64,000 nucleotides of DNA from a virus. Position numbers and translations under genes: made by a program. The DNA lies in IMG/VR virus record IMGVR_UViG_3300046501_000558, positions 1-64,000 of that record. The stretch is one strand, 5' to 3'. The notes under the pieces are model-generated. The model saw only the letters and a list, made by a program, of their open reading frames with translations. It made no database searches and had not been told where the DNA came from. This document shows, one piece after another, positions 48,878-58,601 of this stretch; within the stretch, counting starts at the first letter, position 1; every line of letters begins with the position of its first letter.

Positions 48878-49168
48878 TTAATCCTTCTTTTTGGGCTTTG
48901 GTATTTCTAAAGAACTAATTGTTTCCAAAATTAAAACCACAGCTTCATACTTAAGCTTATTTAAATCGTCATGAGGGGGATTAAAAAAACTAATAAAACC
49001 CGAAAAACTTGAGCATTCATCTTCCTCTTCAAGATGTATATTGTATTGATACGCTAACTCGAAAACTTCTTTGCGAAATCTTAACGTTGCATTTTCATGT
49101 TCTATTTCAGCACGGCGATCAAGTATTAAATCCCGCTCTTCATCAGTTAATTCCATCATTGTAGCCAT
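48878..49168 (-). CDS. Hypothetical protein
   Basis: 96-aa ORF. Confidence 0.6.
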   Translation of the reverse strand: MATMMELTDEERDLILDRRAEIEHENATLRFRKEVFELAYQYNIHLEEEDECSSFSGFISFFNPPHDDLNKLKYEAVVLILETISSLEIPKPKKKD

Positions 49169-49283
49169 TAAAAACTTACTCTATTTGTAGGAAGCATAAT
49201 TCCTATAATTAACATTAAATATTCTGGTGAAGCAGTATTAATCTTAGTTAAAACTGCTTCACCAATAGAATCAATTTAAACCT

Positions 49284-49541
49284 TTATTTTTTGGTCATAA
49301 CAAATTGGTTCGCATTAAAAGCCATATGAACTTTGGCTCTTGCTTGCCATGAAATCCACCCAAAATTGAAACGTTCAGCTGCTTGCATAACAATTAAGTG
49401 GTCTGCATATTGATATTTTGGCATATAAGCATTTAATGCAGCTATATACTCAACACGCTCGAATAGCAGATCAGTTTTTTGTTCCTGAGCTAATTCAAAA
49501 AGTTTTCTTTCCTGAAGCAGATCAATTTGATTACTGCTCAT
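49284..49541 (-). CDS. Phage hypothetical protein
   Basis: ER..FE...W..WQARA motif. Confidence 0.65.
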   Translation of the reverse strand: MSSNQIDLLQERKLFELAQEQKTDLLFERVEYIAALNAYMPKYQYADHLIVMQAAERFNFGWISWQARAKVHMAFNANQFVMTKK

Positions 49542-50109
49542 TTTTAGATTTCACCATTGTTTGACCTGATTCAATGAGTGCTTTATAAGCCTTTAAGTAC
49601 TTTTCAGGATTACCATATTTAAAAAACCAAAGAGCATTTAATAAATTAAACCAATCATCTTGTGTTCCAAATTTCGGCAACCAATAACAAGAAATTTTCT
49701 CTTTTAACCTTTCTATGTAAACTTCTTCGCCAGCTTCCCATTTACCCTTATCACCTGTTCGCAAGTAATTTAAATAACGTTCAACAATGACCTTAGATTT
49801 ATCAGCGCAGCATGAACCGCCTTCAAAGAGGGTGCTTAGTTTTTCTATATGATCTTCGTAAAACTGAAAGTCGAGAAATATATCTGTATATTCTTCCTTA
49901 ACCCCTTTTACAGTTTTAACTGCTTCCTCAATCGCGTTATTCATCTTATATAAGAACATGAACTTGAAAGTAGTTGGTGATTCAAATAGTTCAGGTTTAC
50001 CGTTTAGTAGTTTAAATAGTGGATGGGTTTGGGCCTCTAGGCTCTGATGTTCCAATAATGCCCCAAAAATTGAATTTAAGCCCTGTTCGATGTTTTCTGT
50101 TTTAGCCAT
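49531..50109 (-). CDS. Phage hypothetical protein
   Basis: 192-aa ORF. Confidence 0.65.
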   Translation of the reverse strand: MAKTENIEQGLNSIFGALLEHQSLEAQTHPLFKLLNGKPELFESPTTFKFMFLYKMNNAIEEAVKTVKGVKEEYTDIFLDFQFYEDHIEKLSTLFEGGSCCADKSKVIVERYLNYLRTGDKGKWEAGEEVYIERLKEKISCYWLPKFGTQDDWFNLLNALWFFKYGNPEKYLKAYKALIESGQTMVKSKNEQ

Positions 50110-50141
50110 TGCTATGATGTTCCTAATTTAAAAATAATGGT

Positions 50142-50675
50142 TTACCAAGGAAAAATTACCGCTTCATCAGCTGGGTAATAGCAAAGAGGCGTTATACAGT
50201 TTTTGATTTTTTCGTTTAGCTCATTAAAAGCCTTTTGAATCTCTTCTGGAAGATCAATGCCATCAGGTAAATGTTCATCGTAAATGTCTTCAGGTTTGAT
50301 TTGATCAGCATATTGAGGTGTTACAAAGACAAGCATTAAATCCCTTTCGTTTTGCTGCATTTCCTCCATGTAATCAAGTAAAGCTTGGCGACTTTCAGAA
50401 AAAAACCATTTATCTGCTGCAATTGAATAAATATGCTCCCCTTCCCATACGCGCTTAGGGAACTTCTCATAATTTTCACGCTGGTTTATAACCTGACATT
50501 CTTCACATGGGCTCTTTTTAGGAATGGTATGACCGCGGTGGCATTTACGGTGTGTAGAACCATCATAGCGAGCTAAAGACTCATCTAAATATGATTTACC
50601 GCTTCTTGATACCCAAATTGTAGTTTGAACAGGATTCGCTGAGATTTGATCCGTTGGCAATATAACTTCAGACAT
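50142..50675 (-). CDS. Phage hypothetical protein with Zn ribbon
   Basis: WVSR.G..Y..E..ARY.G.TH..C...C..C. Confidence 0.7.
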   Translation of the reverse strand: MSEVILPTDQISANPVQTTIWVSRSGKSYLDESLARYDGSTHRKCHRGHTIPKKSPCEECQVINQRENYEKFPKRVWEGEHIYSIAADKWFFSESRQALLDYMEEMQQNERDLMLVFVTPQYADQIKPEDIYDEHLPDGIDLPEEIQKAFNELNEKIKNCITPLCYYPADEAVIFPW

Positions 50676-51267
50676 TAGTTTCCCCATTAGTGCAATAAAA
50701 TGTTTCTTTCATGGCCTTTTGAAAAGCCTTTATATATTCCTCAAGCTGAATAAACTCGGGGTTAATTTTTTTCTGGAAAACTGAACCTTCATACCAATTT
50801 GAACCAAATAATTTTTCGAAAAATTCATATGTAGATTCATTGTGATAGATGAAGTCCATGCCTAAACAATGCTCGTTATTTATTACCGCATCATAGGCAT
50901 AACGTAGGATATCGTGAAAGTTCGAGTCCTCATCTTCATCACTGAACAATAGTTCTTTAATACGATCCCGATATTCTCGATATATGAACTTTAAAAAACT
51001 TTCGAGGTCTGTATCATCAACTTGATACGGCTTTTTAAATAGCTTTTCGACTAAATATGAAGGTGTTGCGGTCGCTAGAAATTCTTTCATAGGCATACCC
51101 ATATTTGCCCAAGAGTATGAACCTAGATAATCATCATCAATATTAAAAAGAACTTTTCCGCTTTTCTCACCTGTAGGCATCAGGGTTACAGTTATCGGTA
51201 TATAAAGTTCACGGTCATAAAAGTTAATAACTTCTTCAGTCGTCACAGACAAATTATACTTTTTCAT
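50668..51267 (-). CDS. Phage hypothetical protein
   Basis: 199 aa; appears distantly paralogous to 51254..51859. Confidence 0.65.
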   Translation of the reverse strand: MKKYNLSVTTEEVINFYDRELYIPITVTLMPTGEKSGKVLFNIDDDYLGSYSWANMGMPMKEFLATATPSYLVEKLFKKPYQVDDTDLESFLKFIYREYRDRIKELLFSDEDEDSNFHDILRYAYDAVINNEHCLGMDFIYHNESTYEFFEKLFGSNWYEGSVFQKKINPEFIQLEEYIKAFQKAMKETFYCTNGETNV

Positions 51268-51859
51268 TCATTTGCCCTTTTAAAAATTGTTGGAATGCGG
51301 CAATCATCTTGTATTGATATTTATATGCTTCGCATGGTTTTTCAGGGCTAATTGAAGACCACCAAAAATCCTCCCCAAACATTCTATTTAGGATTTCATT
51401 TGTCTCAGTGGTTAAGTCCTTACATGCAACATTGGGATCATCAAACTCGCCAACTTCCTTTAGTTCATCAAAAACAAGACGCAGCTCATTTTTAGAAATT
51501 TCGCCCGACTGTCTCGCTTCAAAAATCAATTCACGATTATTTGAATAAGCCCATTCTATTAATTCTTCACCGTTTTCAACATTTGTGGTGCCATAACTCC
51601 CAAATAATCGGGTAACTATACTGCTTGTATTGGTATCAGCAAGAAACGCTTTCAAAGTGGTGTTATCGCCGTTGGAATAATACGTAGTACCAACATGATT
51701 AGGCAGAATGACCGTAAAATTACCGCCTCCTGTACTACCATCTTTTACAGTGGCATCATTCGGTTCAATCATGACTTTCATCCACTCTTGACCGTTTAAC
51801 ATTTTAGTAAGAGTGAAACACTCAATTAGCTTTAAGTTAGCTTCTAATTTAATTGTCAT
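51254..51859 (-). CDS. Phage hypothetical protein
   Basis: 201-aa ORF. Confidence 0.65.
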   Translation of the reverse strand: MTIKLEANLKLIECFTLTKMLNGQEWMKVMIEPNDATVKDGSTGGGNFTVILPNHVGTTYYSNGDNTTLKAFLADTNTSSIVTRLFGSYGTTNVENGEELIEWAYSNNRELIFEARQSGEISKNELRLVFDELKEVGEFDDPNVACKDLTTETNEILNRMFGEDFWWSSISPEKPCEAYKYQYKMIAAFQQFLKGQMNEKV

Positions 51860-51862
51860 TGA

Positions 51863-52009
51863 TTAATACCGGTATTGAGATTCTTTAAAACGTACGTGGG
51901 CGCAATATCTTTCCACTTCATGCAAAGAAACATCCTGAAAGATCCACGGTGTAGCTTTTTTACTATTTATCGTTAAAACACGACTTTTAGAGCTATATGT
52001 AAAACCCAT
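51863..52009 (-). CDS. Small hypothetical protein (48 aa)
   Basis: TAATG coupling to exonuclease; MGFTYSSKSRVLTINS...; below ORF-track cutoff. Confidence 0.55.
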   Translation of the reverse strand: MGFTYSSKSRVLTINSKKATPWIFQDVSLHEVERYCAHVRFKESQYRY

Positions 52010-52695
52010 TACGACACCTGCTCTAAAGCTTTTCTTATGAACTGATCAAGATCATTACGACCAAGCATGTAATGCACGTAATCCTTTGGCAACTCTACAA
52101 TTGGAATACCTTTATGCTTGCCAAATGGCATGATTGAAGGGGTTTGAATGGCTTCAGCTGTAATCACAAAGCTATTTAAATCTTGTACGGCTAACTTCTG
52201 GATAATCTGATTTAGTACACCAGCTGTAAGCATAATATCGACGGCGGCTGAATGAGCCCCACGGATATAATTACGTATCTTTTCTTTGTCCTTAGCAAAG
52301 TAATATGACAATGCGCTAAGCGAGTGAGAGTCTAGCTCGGGCCACAATTTGCGGGCTAAGGCTAGTGTGCAAATTGCTTTGATTTGCTTAGTATCTGTGC
52401 CTGCACGATTTAAACTTTTAATATCATAATCAATGTTATGGCCGATCATATAAATCGTTTCAGGTGGCAGTTTAAAAGTGCTGCAGTGCGGTTGCCCTTC
52501 TATTTCCGATTCTAAAATGTGATGAACTGCCATGGCACCAAGCTCGATAGGTTCACCACAAGAATAGTATTTTTGAAATATCTGCTCTTTTTCGGCTTTA
52601 ACCTTTCGGTCAACGATGACGCAAGGCATATATGCAATTTCGATTGGCAAGCCATTAAGTTTATGCGTTTCGGTATCAAGAATGATGGCTTTCAT
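52009..52695 (-). CDS. DEDDh 3'-5' exonuclease (ExoX-like)
   Basis: LDTET, GHNIDYD, HSAAVD and C-terminal MPFGKHKG. Confidence 0.9.
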   Translation of the reverse strand: MKAIILDTETHKLNGLPIEIAYMPCVIVDRKVKAEKEQIFQKYYSCGEPIELGAMAVHHILESEIEGQPHCSTFKLPPETIYMIGHNIDYDIKSLNRAGTDTKQIKAICTLALARKLWPELDSHSLSALSYYFAKDKEKIRNYIRGAHSAAVDIMLTAGVLNQIIQKLAVQDLNSFVITAEAIQTPSIMPFGKHKGIPIVELPKDYVHYMLGRNDLDQFIRKALEQVS

Positions 52696-52994
52696 TGCGT
52701 AACCTCAACAACTGGTGAGGCTGAATGTACTACGCAAACTTCAGCATGCAGCGTGAAGTCGTTATAAAACTCTTCATTAATAAAAACGCTGATTGTTGAA
52801 GTAAAGCCTTTCTTTAAGCTTTCTTTATCCTGACTAGCCTTTTCGTCTGAATATAGCTGAATAGCTGCAGAAATATATTCATCGTCTAGTCGACCAGCTT
52901 CATGAAGCAATTCCAAATACTCATTTTCAATGGCAACGGCGTCTTTAAATTCCCGTAGTCCAGAAAAATCAACGTGCAATTTTTTAATTTTCAA
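52692..52994 (-). CDS. Hypothetical protein, first gene of early operon
   Basis: 100 aa, TTG start with AGGGG RBS. Confidence 0.55.
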   Translation of the reverse strand: MKIKKLHVDFSGLREFKDAVAIENEYLELLHEAGRLDDEYISAAIQLYSDEKASQDKESLKKGFTSTISVFINEEFYNDFTLHAEVCVVHSASPVVEVTQ

Positions 52995-53231
52995 TGATTT
53001 CCCCTATTAAAGTTAAATGAAAAATTATTCAAACGAATACATTAATGCATATATTATGCATTAATGTATAAAATGTATAGATAAAAATGCATTTAATGTA
53101 TTTTTTAAGGTGGGTATTGGGTTTTATTAAGAATAATTGTTTAGAAATCACATAAGTCGTTATAAATATTTATAATATTTTATGATTTAAAAAATTAATT
53201 CAATTATTTAGAACTTAGATAAGAGACCAAG

Positions 53232-55058
53232 ATGACTACTGACGAAAAATCAAAAAGGGATTTATTTTTAGAATGTGATTGGACTTATGATCTTGAAAAA
53301 TATAAAAACTATAACTACACATCACTTTGTTTGAGCCTTCATCAAGCTGCAACTGGTATGCAGGAATCGGGAAAGGTTAAACATTATGAAGTTCTTTTAT
53401 TTCTTTCATATATTGCATCTCTATCTTTTGTTCCTGAAAGACAACATGAGCCATATAAGCATGCTTCAGAGAGTCTAAGGGAACAATTAGCGGCTTTTAG
53501 GCCAGACCATATGATAGATGAAGATTTTATATTTTTAGAGTCAATTTTAGATGATGTTAAACATCCCCTGCTAAAGGCAAGATTAGCGGATTTGCTATGG
53601 GTTTATAATAAACCTAAAAATCATCTTCATGCCCGTAAAGCAATTGATGCTTATATAGAATTACCCATAGATCACCATTGGAATGATGGTATTGATATAG
53701 GTTGGGACCGAGCGATAACGTTAAGTTTGCAATTAAGAGATAATTCTCGTTTAGATAGGATTAAAGCAGAAATGTTTGATGCTCTTAAAAGAGAAATATC
53801 AAATCCTGAAAATCATTTTTTAAGCCTTACAATTGGGAGAATGCTTAATAGAACTGGGATAGATCAAGATTATAGAGAGCTGCTTGCAGAATTATTTTTT
53901 ACTCATGGGGAATGTTTGAAAGGCAAACATAGTTATGGGTTAGCGAGACAATTCTATGATTTGGCAGTTAAGAAATATTATCAGGTTAAAGATGAAGAGA
54001 GCTGGGCTAATTCACTATTAGCCATTGCAGAATGTTTTGAATTGGAAGCTGAAGCTTATCCAACCCCAATGCAAGCTCATGAATCATATGAAAGAGCATT
54101 ACTTGCTTATAGAGCAATTCCTAACGAGAATCGAAAAAAATTAGGGATAGAAGATAAAATAGACGATATTCAGAGAAAAATAGCCCAAGCTGGTAAAGAC
54201 TCCTTAGCTTATATGGTTCGAATTCCATATCCAAAGGCTGATTTCTCAGATATTGAGTTAGAGGCCAAAAACTATGTTAGTGAAAAGAGTGCGCCAATTA
54301 ATGCTTTATTTTCTTTTGTAAAATTATACCAAGGTCCTAATTGTGAAGAGATTGAAAATATTGCAAAACAATCGTTACAACAATCATTTTTTTCAGGTTT
54401 ATCACCAATAAAACTTTTAGATCGAGGGGGGCGTGTTTTAGCTAGAACTCCTGCAGCTCACAAATTTGGACCATTGGACGGTTCAATTAATGAAGAAGCA
54501 TTAGAAGATAAAATATACGAATTATTTAAATTAGAAGTTTCAAGAATTGTTCAGCATTTGATTATGCCTGCTTTAGAGCAACTAACTCATGAATATAGAA
54601 TTAGCAAAGATCTATTAAGGGCTATTTGTGAAGCATCACCGATTATTCCACGTGACCGGATCATGTTAATGGTTGATGCACTTTGGTATGGGTTTGAATA
54701 CGAATTTGCTGCTTCAATACACTTACTTTGCCCACAAATTGAAAATATAGTCAGAAATGAGTTAGATAAAAGAGGTGCAATAACCCTAACACGTGGTGAG
54801 GATGGCGCAACAAATGAAAATGGATTAAGTACATTAATGAAAGACCCCAAAATTGTAGATATTTTGGGTAAAAATCTTTCTTTTGAAATTGAATTTATTT
54901 TTTGTAAAGTACATGGTTTTAACTTAAGAAATAATGTTGCTCATGGTTTATTGGATGATGCTGAGGCTACAAGTTCAGTTGGATGCATATACGCTTGGTG
55001 GATGACGTTAAGAATAATTTTAAAGAACTGGCATTATAAACAAATTAACTTTGGTTGA
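53232..55058 (+). CDS. DUF4209-family protein with C-terminal HEPN-like motif
   Basis: L.PQIE..VR and NLRNNVAHG (RxxxxH); helical N-terminus. Confidence 0.8.
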   Translation: MTTDEKSKRDLFLECDWTYDLEKYKNYNYTSLCLSLHQAATGMQESGKVKHYEVLLFLSYIASLSFVPERQHEPYKHASESLREQLAAFRPDHMIDEDFIFLESILDDVKHPLLKARLADLLWVYNKPKNHLHARKAIDAYIELPIDHHWNDGIDIGWDRAITLSLQLRDNSRLDRIKAEMFDALKREISNPENHFLSLTIGRMLNRTGIDQDYRELLAELFFTHGECLKGKHSYGLARQFYDLAVKKYYQVKDEESWANSLLAIAECFELEAEAYPTPMQAHESYERALLAYRAIPNENRKKLGIEDKIDDIQRKIAQAGKDSLAYMVRIPYPKADFSDIELEAKNYVSEKSAPINALFSFVKLYQGPNCEEIENIAKQSLQQSFFSGLSPIKLLDRGGRVLARTPAAHKFGPLDGSINEEALEDKIYELFKLEVSRIVQHLIMPALEQLTHEYRISKDLLRAICEASPIIPRDRIMLMVDALWYGFEYEFAASIHLLCPQIENIVRNELDKRGAITLTRGEDGATNENGLSTLMKDPKIVDILGKNLSFEIEFIFCKVHGFNLRNNVAHGLLDDAEATSSVGCIYAWWMTLRIILKNWHYKQINFG

Positions 55059-55089
55059 GTTTTGCAGTAATTGCCCTCCGTAGAGGGCT

Positions 55090-55662
55090 TTAATCACAGC
55101 TTTTTAGCTCAAATGCAGCCACTAAAAAATATCTAAATATACTTTCTCTTTGGTCAAGGTTATCTGTACTTAGTAGTTGCGTTAAGGTTCCATCCATTAT
55201 ATATAACAACAATAGTGCATCATGTTTGGTTGCACTTACTTTTATCGGGCTAATCAGTTCAAAAATCTCATTTATTAACCATTTTCTATATGAAATGATA
55301 AAATTATAAGCATCAGGAAAATCATTTTTAATTTCATAAATTCCTTTGAAGAGTAAGAAATAATCACCTTTCAAGTCGGTATGAGTAAAAAATATCTTTT
55401 TTAGTTTATCAACTTCCGAAATATCATGAGTTAAATCTTTGATATGAATGATTTGTTCGGTTAGTTTTTCTTTTTGATATTTTACACATGCATTTATTAA
55501 TTTCTCTTTGGAGGGGAAATATTTATAAAGTGTCATTTTAGAAATACTTCCCTCATTTACAATTGTATTTACGCCTACATTATGAAATCCATATTGAGTG
55601 AAAAGCATGCAAGATGTTTGAAATAAATTTAATATTTTATTATTACTTATTTTGTTAGACAT
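55090..55662 (-). CDS. TetR-family regulator
   Basis: GFHNVGVNTI...SKMTLYKYFPSKEKLI; start moved to MSNK with AAGGA RBS. Confidence 0.9.
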   Translation of the reverse strand: MSNKISNNKILNLFQTSCMLFTQYGFHNVGVNTIVNEGSISKMTLYKYFPSKEKLINACVKYQKEKLTEQIIHIKDLTHDISEVDKLKKIFFTHTDLKGDYFLLFKGIYEIKNDFPDAYNFIISYRKWLINEIFELISPIKVSATKHDALLLLYIMDGTLTQLLSTDNLDQRESIFRYFLVAAFELKSCD

Positions 55663-55892
55663 ATTTAACGTCCTTGACGAACTCAATCAGTAAAAAATAC
55701 ATGTAGAAACTCGTTAGGTTGTGATTAAACACAACCCAAAATTAATATTGGATTTATTGAAATAAAACGACAAAAAGTTTGGCAACAATAAAATTGCCAA
55801 ACAAAAAATAATTACTAAGTTGTGTTGTATTTAATGATCACGGCGGTAGTTCTCCAATACTTAAATTTGGATTTCTGCCATGACATTATGAA

Positions 55893-56080
55893 ACTGGTGG
55901 CAGAACGGAAGAAGGTTGACGGACCAGTAACTCTCTACCAGCACACCCGAAGGTGTCCCTCTCCCGTCCTACCGCTACGAGAGGGGACGAGTGGTACATC
56001 TAAGACAAATCCTCAGAAAAGGATAAGCTCTGATGCGAGAGTTAAACAGTCCGTCAAGACTGCCTGGCAATGTGGCCAGA
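55893..56080 (-). ncRNA. C4-type antisense RNA plus its target hairpin (P1 c4 / P4 CI RNA-like)
   Basis: TTGACA-17-TATTCT promoter (56115-56087); CUUGACGGAC and UAACUCUC elements complementary to downstream GAGAGUUA..GUCCGUCAA. Confidence 0.75.
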
Positions 56081-56171
56081 ATGTGAAGAATAATGATCGG
56101 TTTAACAACTGTCAATAATTCATATTTTTTAATTGTAAAAAAAAATTGACAATAAATAAATACTTAACAAT

Positions 56172-56819
56172 CTAAGTGTTCTGTATTTGGTCGTATATGG
56201 ATTGATCTTTAGTCTGAAAAAACACATCAAAGCTTTGACTCATTAGCCAATCTTGTTGACTTTGTTTTTTAAAAATCGGAGCTAAGCGCTTAATATAGTA
56301 ATTAATCCATTCATTATTATTATTAAAAAAAGCCCTATCTTTTAAATCTTCGTATAAATCTTGCAAATTGACTGCAATCGTTTCAATAGAAGGATTAAAT
56401 AACCATATGGTTATATCCATTGGCTCCGCTGCCGTGACCTGATACTTATCTTCAGGGTTAAATGCTTCAATCCGATAAAGCTGTGCGCCTTTTTCAGTGT
56501 ACGATGAATACATAAGTTTAGTATTTGCAACTTGATAATAGCCCTTACCAATTTCAAATTCACGTAATTTTCTGGAAACATCTAAGCAATCTGATAAATA
56601 TTGAGGTGGTAGATCTTTATAATTATTAAATATTTTTACACTTCGACTAATAACATAATATTCACCTGTGCCTGTAATTATCCCTTTTTTCCATAGAAAC
56701 ATTTTTGAGAGATTTCCATTAGATATATTTAAAGATCCATCATTTGATATAGTAACTTTCTTATTATCTGAAGCAATGATAATGCTATCGTTTAATTGAA
56801 TTGCAACAATAAATGTCAT
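56172..56819 (-). CDS. Ntn-hydrolase/proteasome-beta-like protein
   Basis: Starts M-T-FIVAI...IIIASD.K; Thr1 after Met removal. Confidence 0.55.
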   Translation of the reverse strand: MTFIVAIQLNDSIIIASDNKKVTISNDGSLNISNGNLSKMFLWKKGIITGTGEYYVISRSVKIFNNYKDLPPQYLSDCLDVSRKLREFEIGKGYYQVANTKLMYSSYTEKGAQLYRIEAFNPEDKYQVTAAEPMDITIWLFNPSIETIAVNLQDLYEDLKDRAFFNNNNEWINYYIKRLAPIFKKQSQQDWLMSQSFDVFFQTKDQSIYDQIQNT

Positions 56820-56915
56820 AAAGAAGGTGGAATTAATCACGTTTAAATACTATTATTATGCAGATTATAGTTTAATTTTAAATCTTTTTAATAAAATAAT
56901 AGGTAATTCTTAATC

Positions 56916-57116
56916 ATGGCTGGTGGTTCACAGATCATTATCAATAAAAGCGGTATTACTGTTATTACGCCGTCTAAATTCGAGGTTAAAGCAGGTCAGC
57001 ATCTATTTAAGCCCGGTGCTCAAGTACAAATGCCTCAGATTGCACTTCCCCAACCTATTTGTATTGAATGCCTTGTGAAAGCGGCCAAAGAAGGTGCAGG
57101 GATCGTAAGAAGATGA
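56916..57116 (+). pseudogene. vgrG: 3' remnant of vgrG (end of DUF2345 plus C-terminal extension)
   Basis: AGGSQIIINKSGI...KAGQH.F and ICIECL.KAA; no upstream VgrG body. Confidence 0.8.
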
Positions 57117-57610
57117 GTTTTAAGAATCAAAATTTAGAAAGTTTTATTGCTAATCATCATAAAGATGGACAATTATTTTTGCTTGTCGATGGCGCACAGA
57201 TTGACCACGACCATATATCAAATTTAGAAGACTTGTACGGCGATTGTTTCTACTTATTTCAAGGTACATATGAAGAAGAAGCCTTTCAGTATGGCCCTAT
57301 ATTGTTCGATTTAAGTCAGTTAAATCTAAAGCAAGTAGAAAGCCAAATTAAGCTCATGAAATCCAAGGATTCTATGATTTTGATTAAAAGTAAATTAGAC
57401 ATTAAGCAATTGAAAAATAAGCTTCTTGAAAAGCTCTATATTGAACTCGATGACGGCGGCATAGGTATTCTTCGTTATTACGATCCACGTGTGTTAAATC
57501 GCCTCTCTCTCATCTTTACCAGTGAACAAAAAAAGCAATTGCTTGAAGGCTTTGAGTCCATTTCTTTTATGCTCAACGAATTAAGCTATGAGTTGAAATA
57601 CAATGATTAA
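57113..57610 (+). CDS. DUF4123 T6SS adaptor
   Basis: LLVDGA, GP.L, LRYYDPRVL motifs. Confidence 0.9.
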   Translation: MSFKNQNLESFIANHHKDGQLFLLVDGAQIDHDHISNLEDLYGDCFYLFQGTYEEEAFQYGPILFDLSQLNLKQVESQIKLMKSKDSMILIKSKLDIKQLKNKLLEKLYIELDDGGIGILRYYDPRVLNRLSLIFTSEQKKQLLEGFESISFMLNELSYELKYND

Positions 57611-57947
57611 GTTAGATAAAAATCAGATTGATAGCCTTGAGAAAGTAAAAGATAGAGAAGAACTCTGTGAAAAAATTTATCAGTATTTAGTAGATAAAAA
57701 GGAATCTTTCAAAGCCTACCCGGTTAATTATGAACAGCTGAAGCCTGATATATACAAGAGCTTTGATTTATTGATATCGCTTTTATTGACGGACAATGAG
57801 GTCATTTGTCAGTTGATTGTATGGAACACAATCATGAGAAAAGGTGTTCTAAATGATCCTGGTATTCAAAGCTTTGTTAAAGGCTCAAATGCCCGTGGAA
57901 AAGACCTAATAGCAGCTTTTGAATATTACGAACTGAGAGATAAATAA
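57603..57947 (+). CDS. T6SS accessory/co-adaptor hypothetical protein
   Basis: 114 aa between DUF4123 and effector. Confidence 0.6.
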   Translation: MIKLDKNQIDSLEKVKDREELCEKIYQYLVDKKESFKAYPVNYEQLKPDIYKSFDLLISLLLTDNEVICQLIVWNTIMRKGVLNDPGIQSFVKGSNARGKDLIAAFEYYELRDK

Positions 57948-57948
57948 T

Positions 57949-58587
57949 ATGTGGGGTTTGATTGCACGAGGATTAGCGACCGCTGGCGCGAGAGTTGCCG
58001 CCCCTGCTGCTGGTGAAGTTGTAGCGACTCAAGGTGGGCGGGTGATTGCTACTGAAGCTGCAAAGGGTATGGCTACGATTGTTTTAGCGAAAGAAGTAAG
58101 TAAAGACATAACAAAACAACAGCGTTGTAATAAATGCGAGCCTTACCAAAGAGGTAATAAACATGAAATTGAACGCTCAATGGGCAATGAAATTAATACA
58201 CAATATCAGTTCAAAATTGCCAACCTATCTAGCTATCCTTTAACGTTTAGAGTGTCCGAACCTTTTTTAAAAACGGGGAATAAAAAGCCAACTACAAAGG
58301 TCCAAGAATGGGTAGTTGGAGGGGTTTCATTTGATGGGTTATGGCCTATGGAATGTATTTTAGTTGAGGCAAAAGGAAGATATGCCCAATTTTTGGACCC
58401 TAAAATGAAAGAGTTCATTACAGATAATGTTTTTAAACTTATGGTTAAAGAAGCTAAGAGCCAAACGGCCGTTGTTTTGACGCTCAAGGGGGCTAAATTA
58501 CAATGGTATTTTTATGAAAAAGAAACCAAGGATTATGTAGATGACCTTCTTTTTAATTCGGTTCATACAATTTTTATGCCTATGTAA
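57949..58587 (+). CDS. Tox-REase-5 nuclease effector
   Basis: YQ..I, FDG, EAKG.Y.QF, EA..Q, L.WYF.E motifs. Confidence 0.88.
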   Translation: MWGLIARGLATAGARVAAPAAGEVVATQGGRVIATEAAKGMATIVLAKEVSKDITKQQRCNKCEPYQRGNKHEIERSMGNEINTQYQFKIANLSSYPLTFRVSEPFLKTGNKKPTTKVQEWVVGGVSFDGLWPMECILVEAKGRYAQFLDPKMKEFITDNVFKLMVKEAKSQTAVVLTLKGAKLQWYFYEKETKDYVDDLLFNSVHTIFMPM

Positions 58588-58601
58588 AACAGGAAATTAA
58601 A

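Noticed and set aside
55822-56118. 98-aa plus-strand ORF
   Set aside because: Antisense shadow of the GC-rich C4-type leader; no RBS
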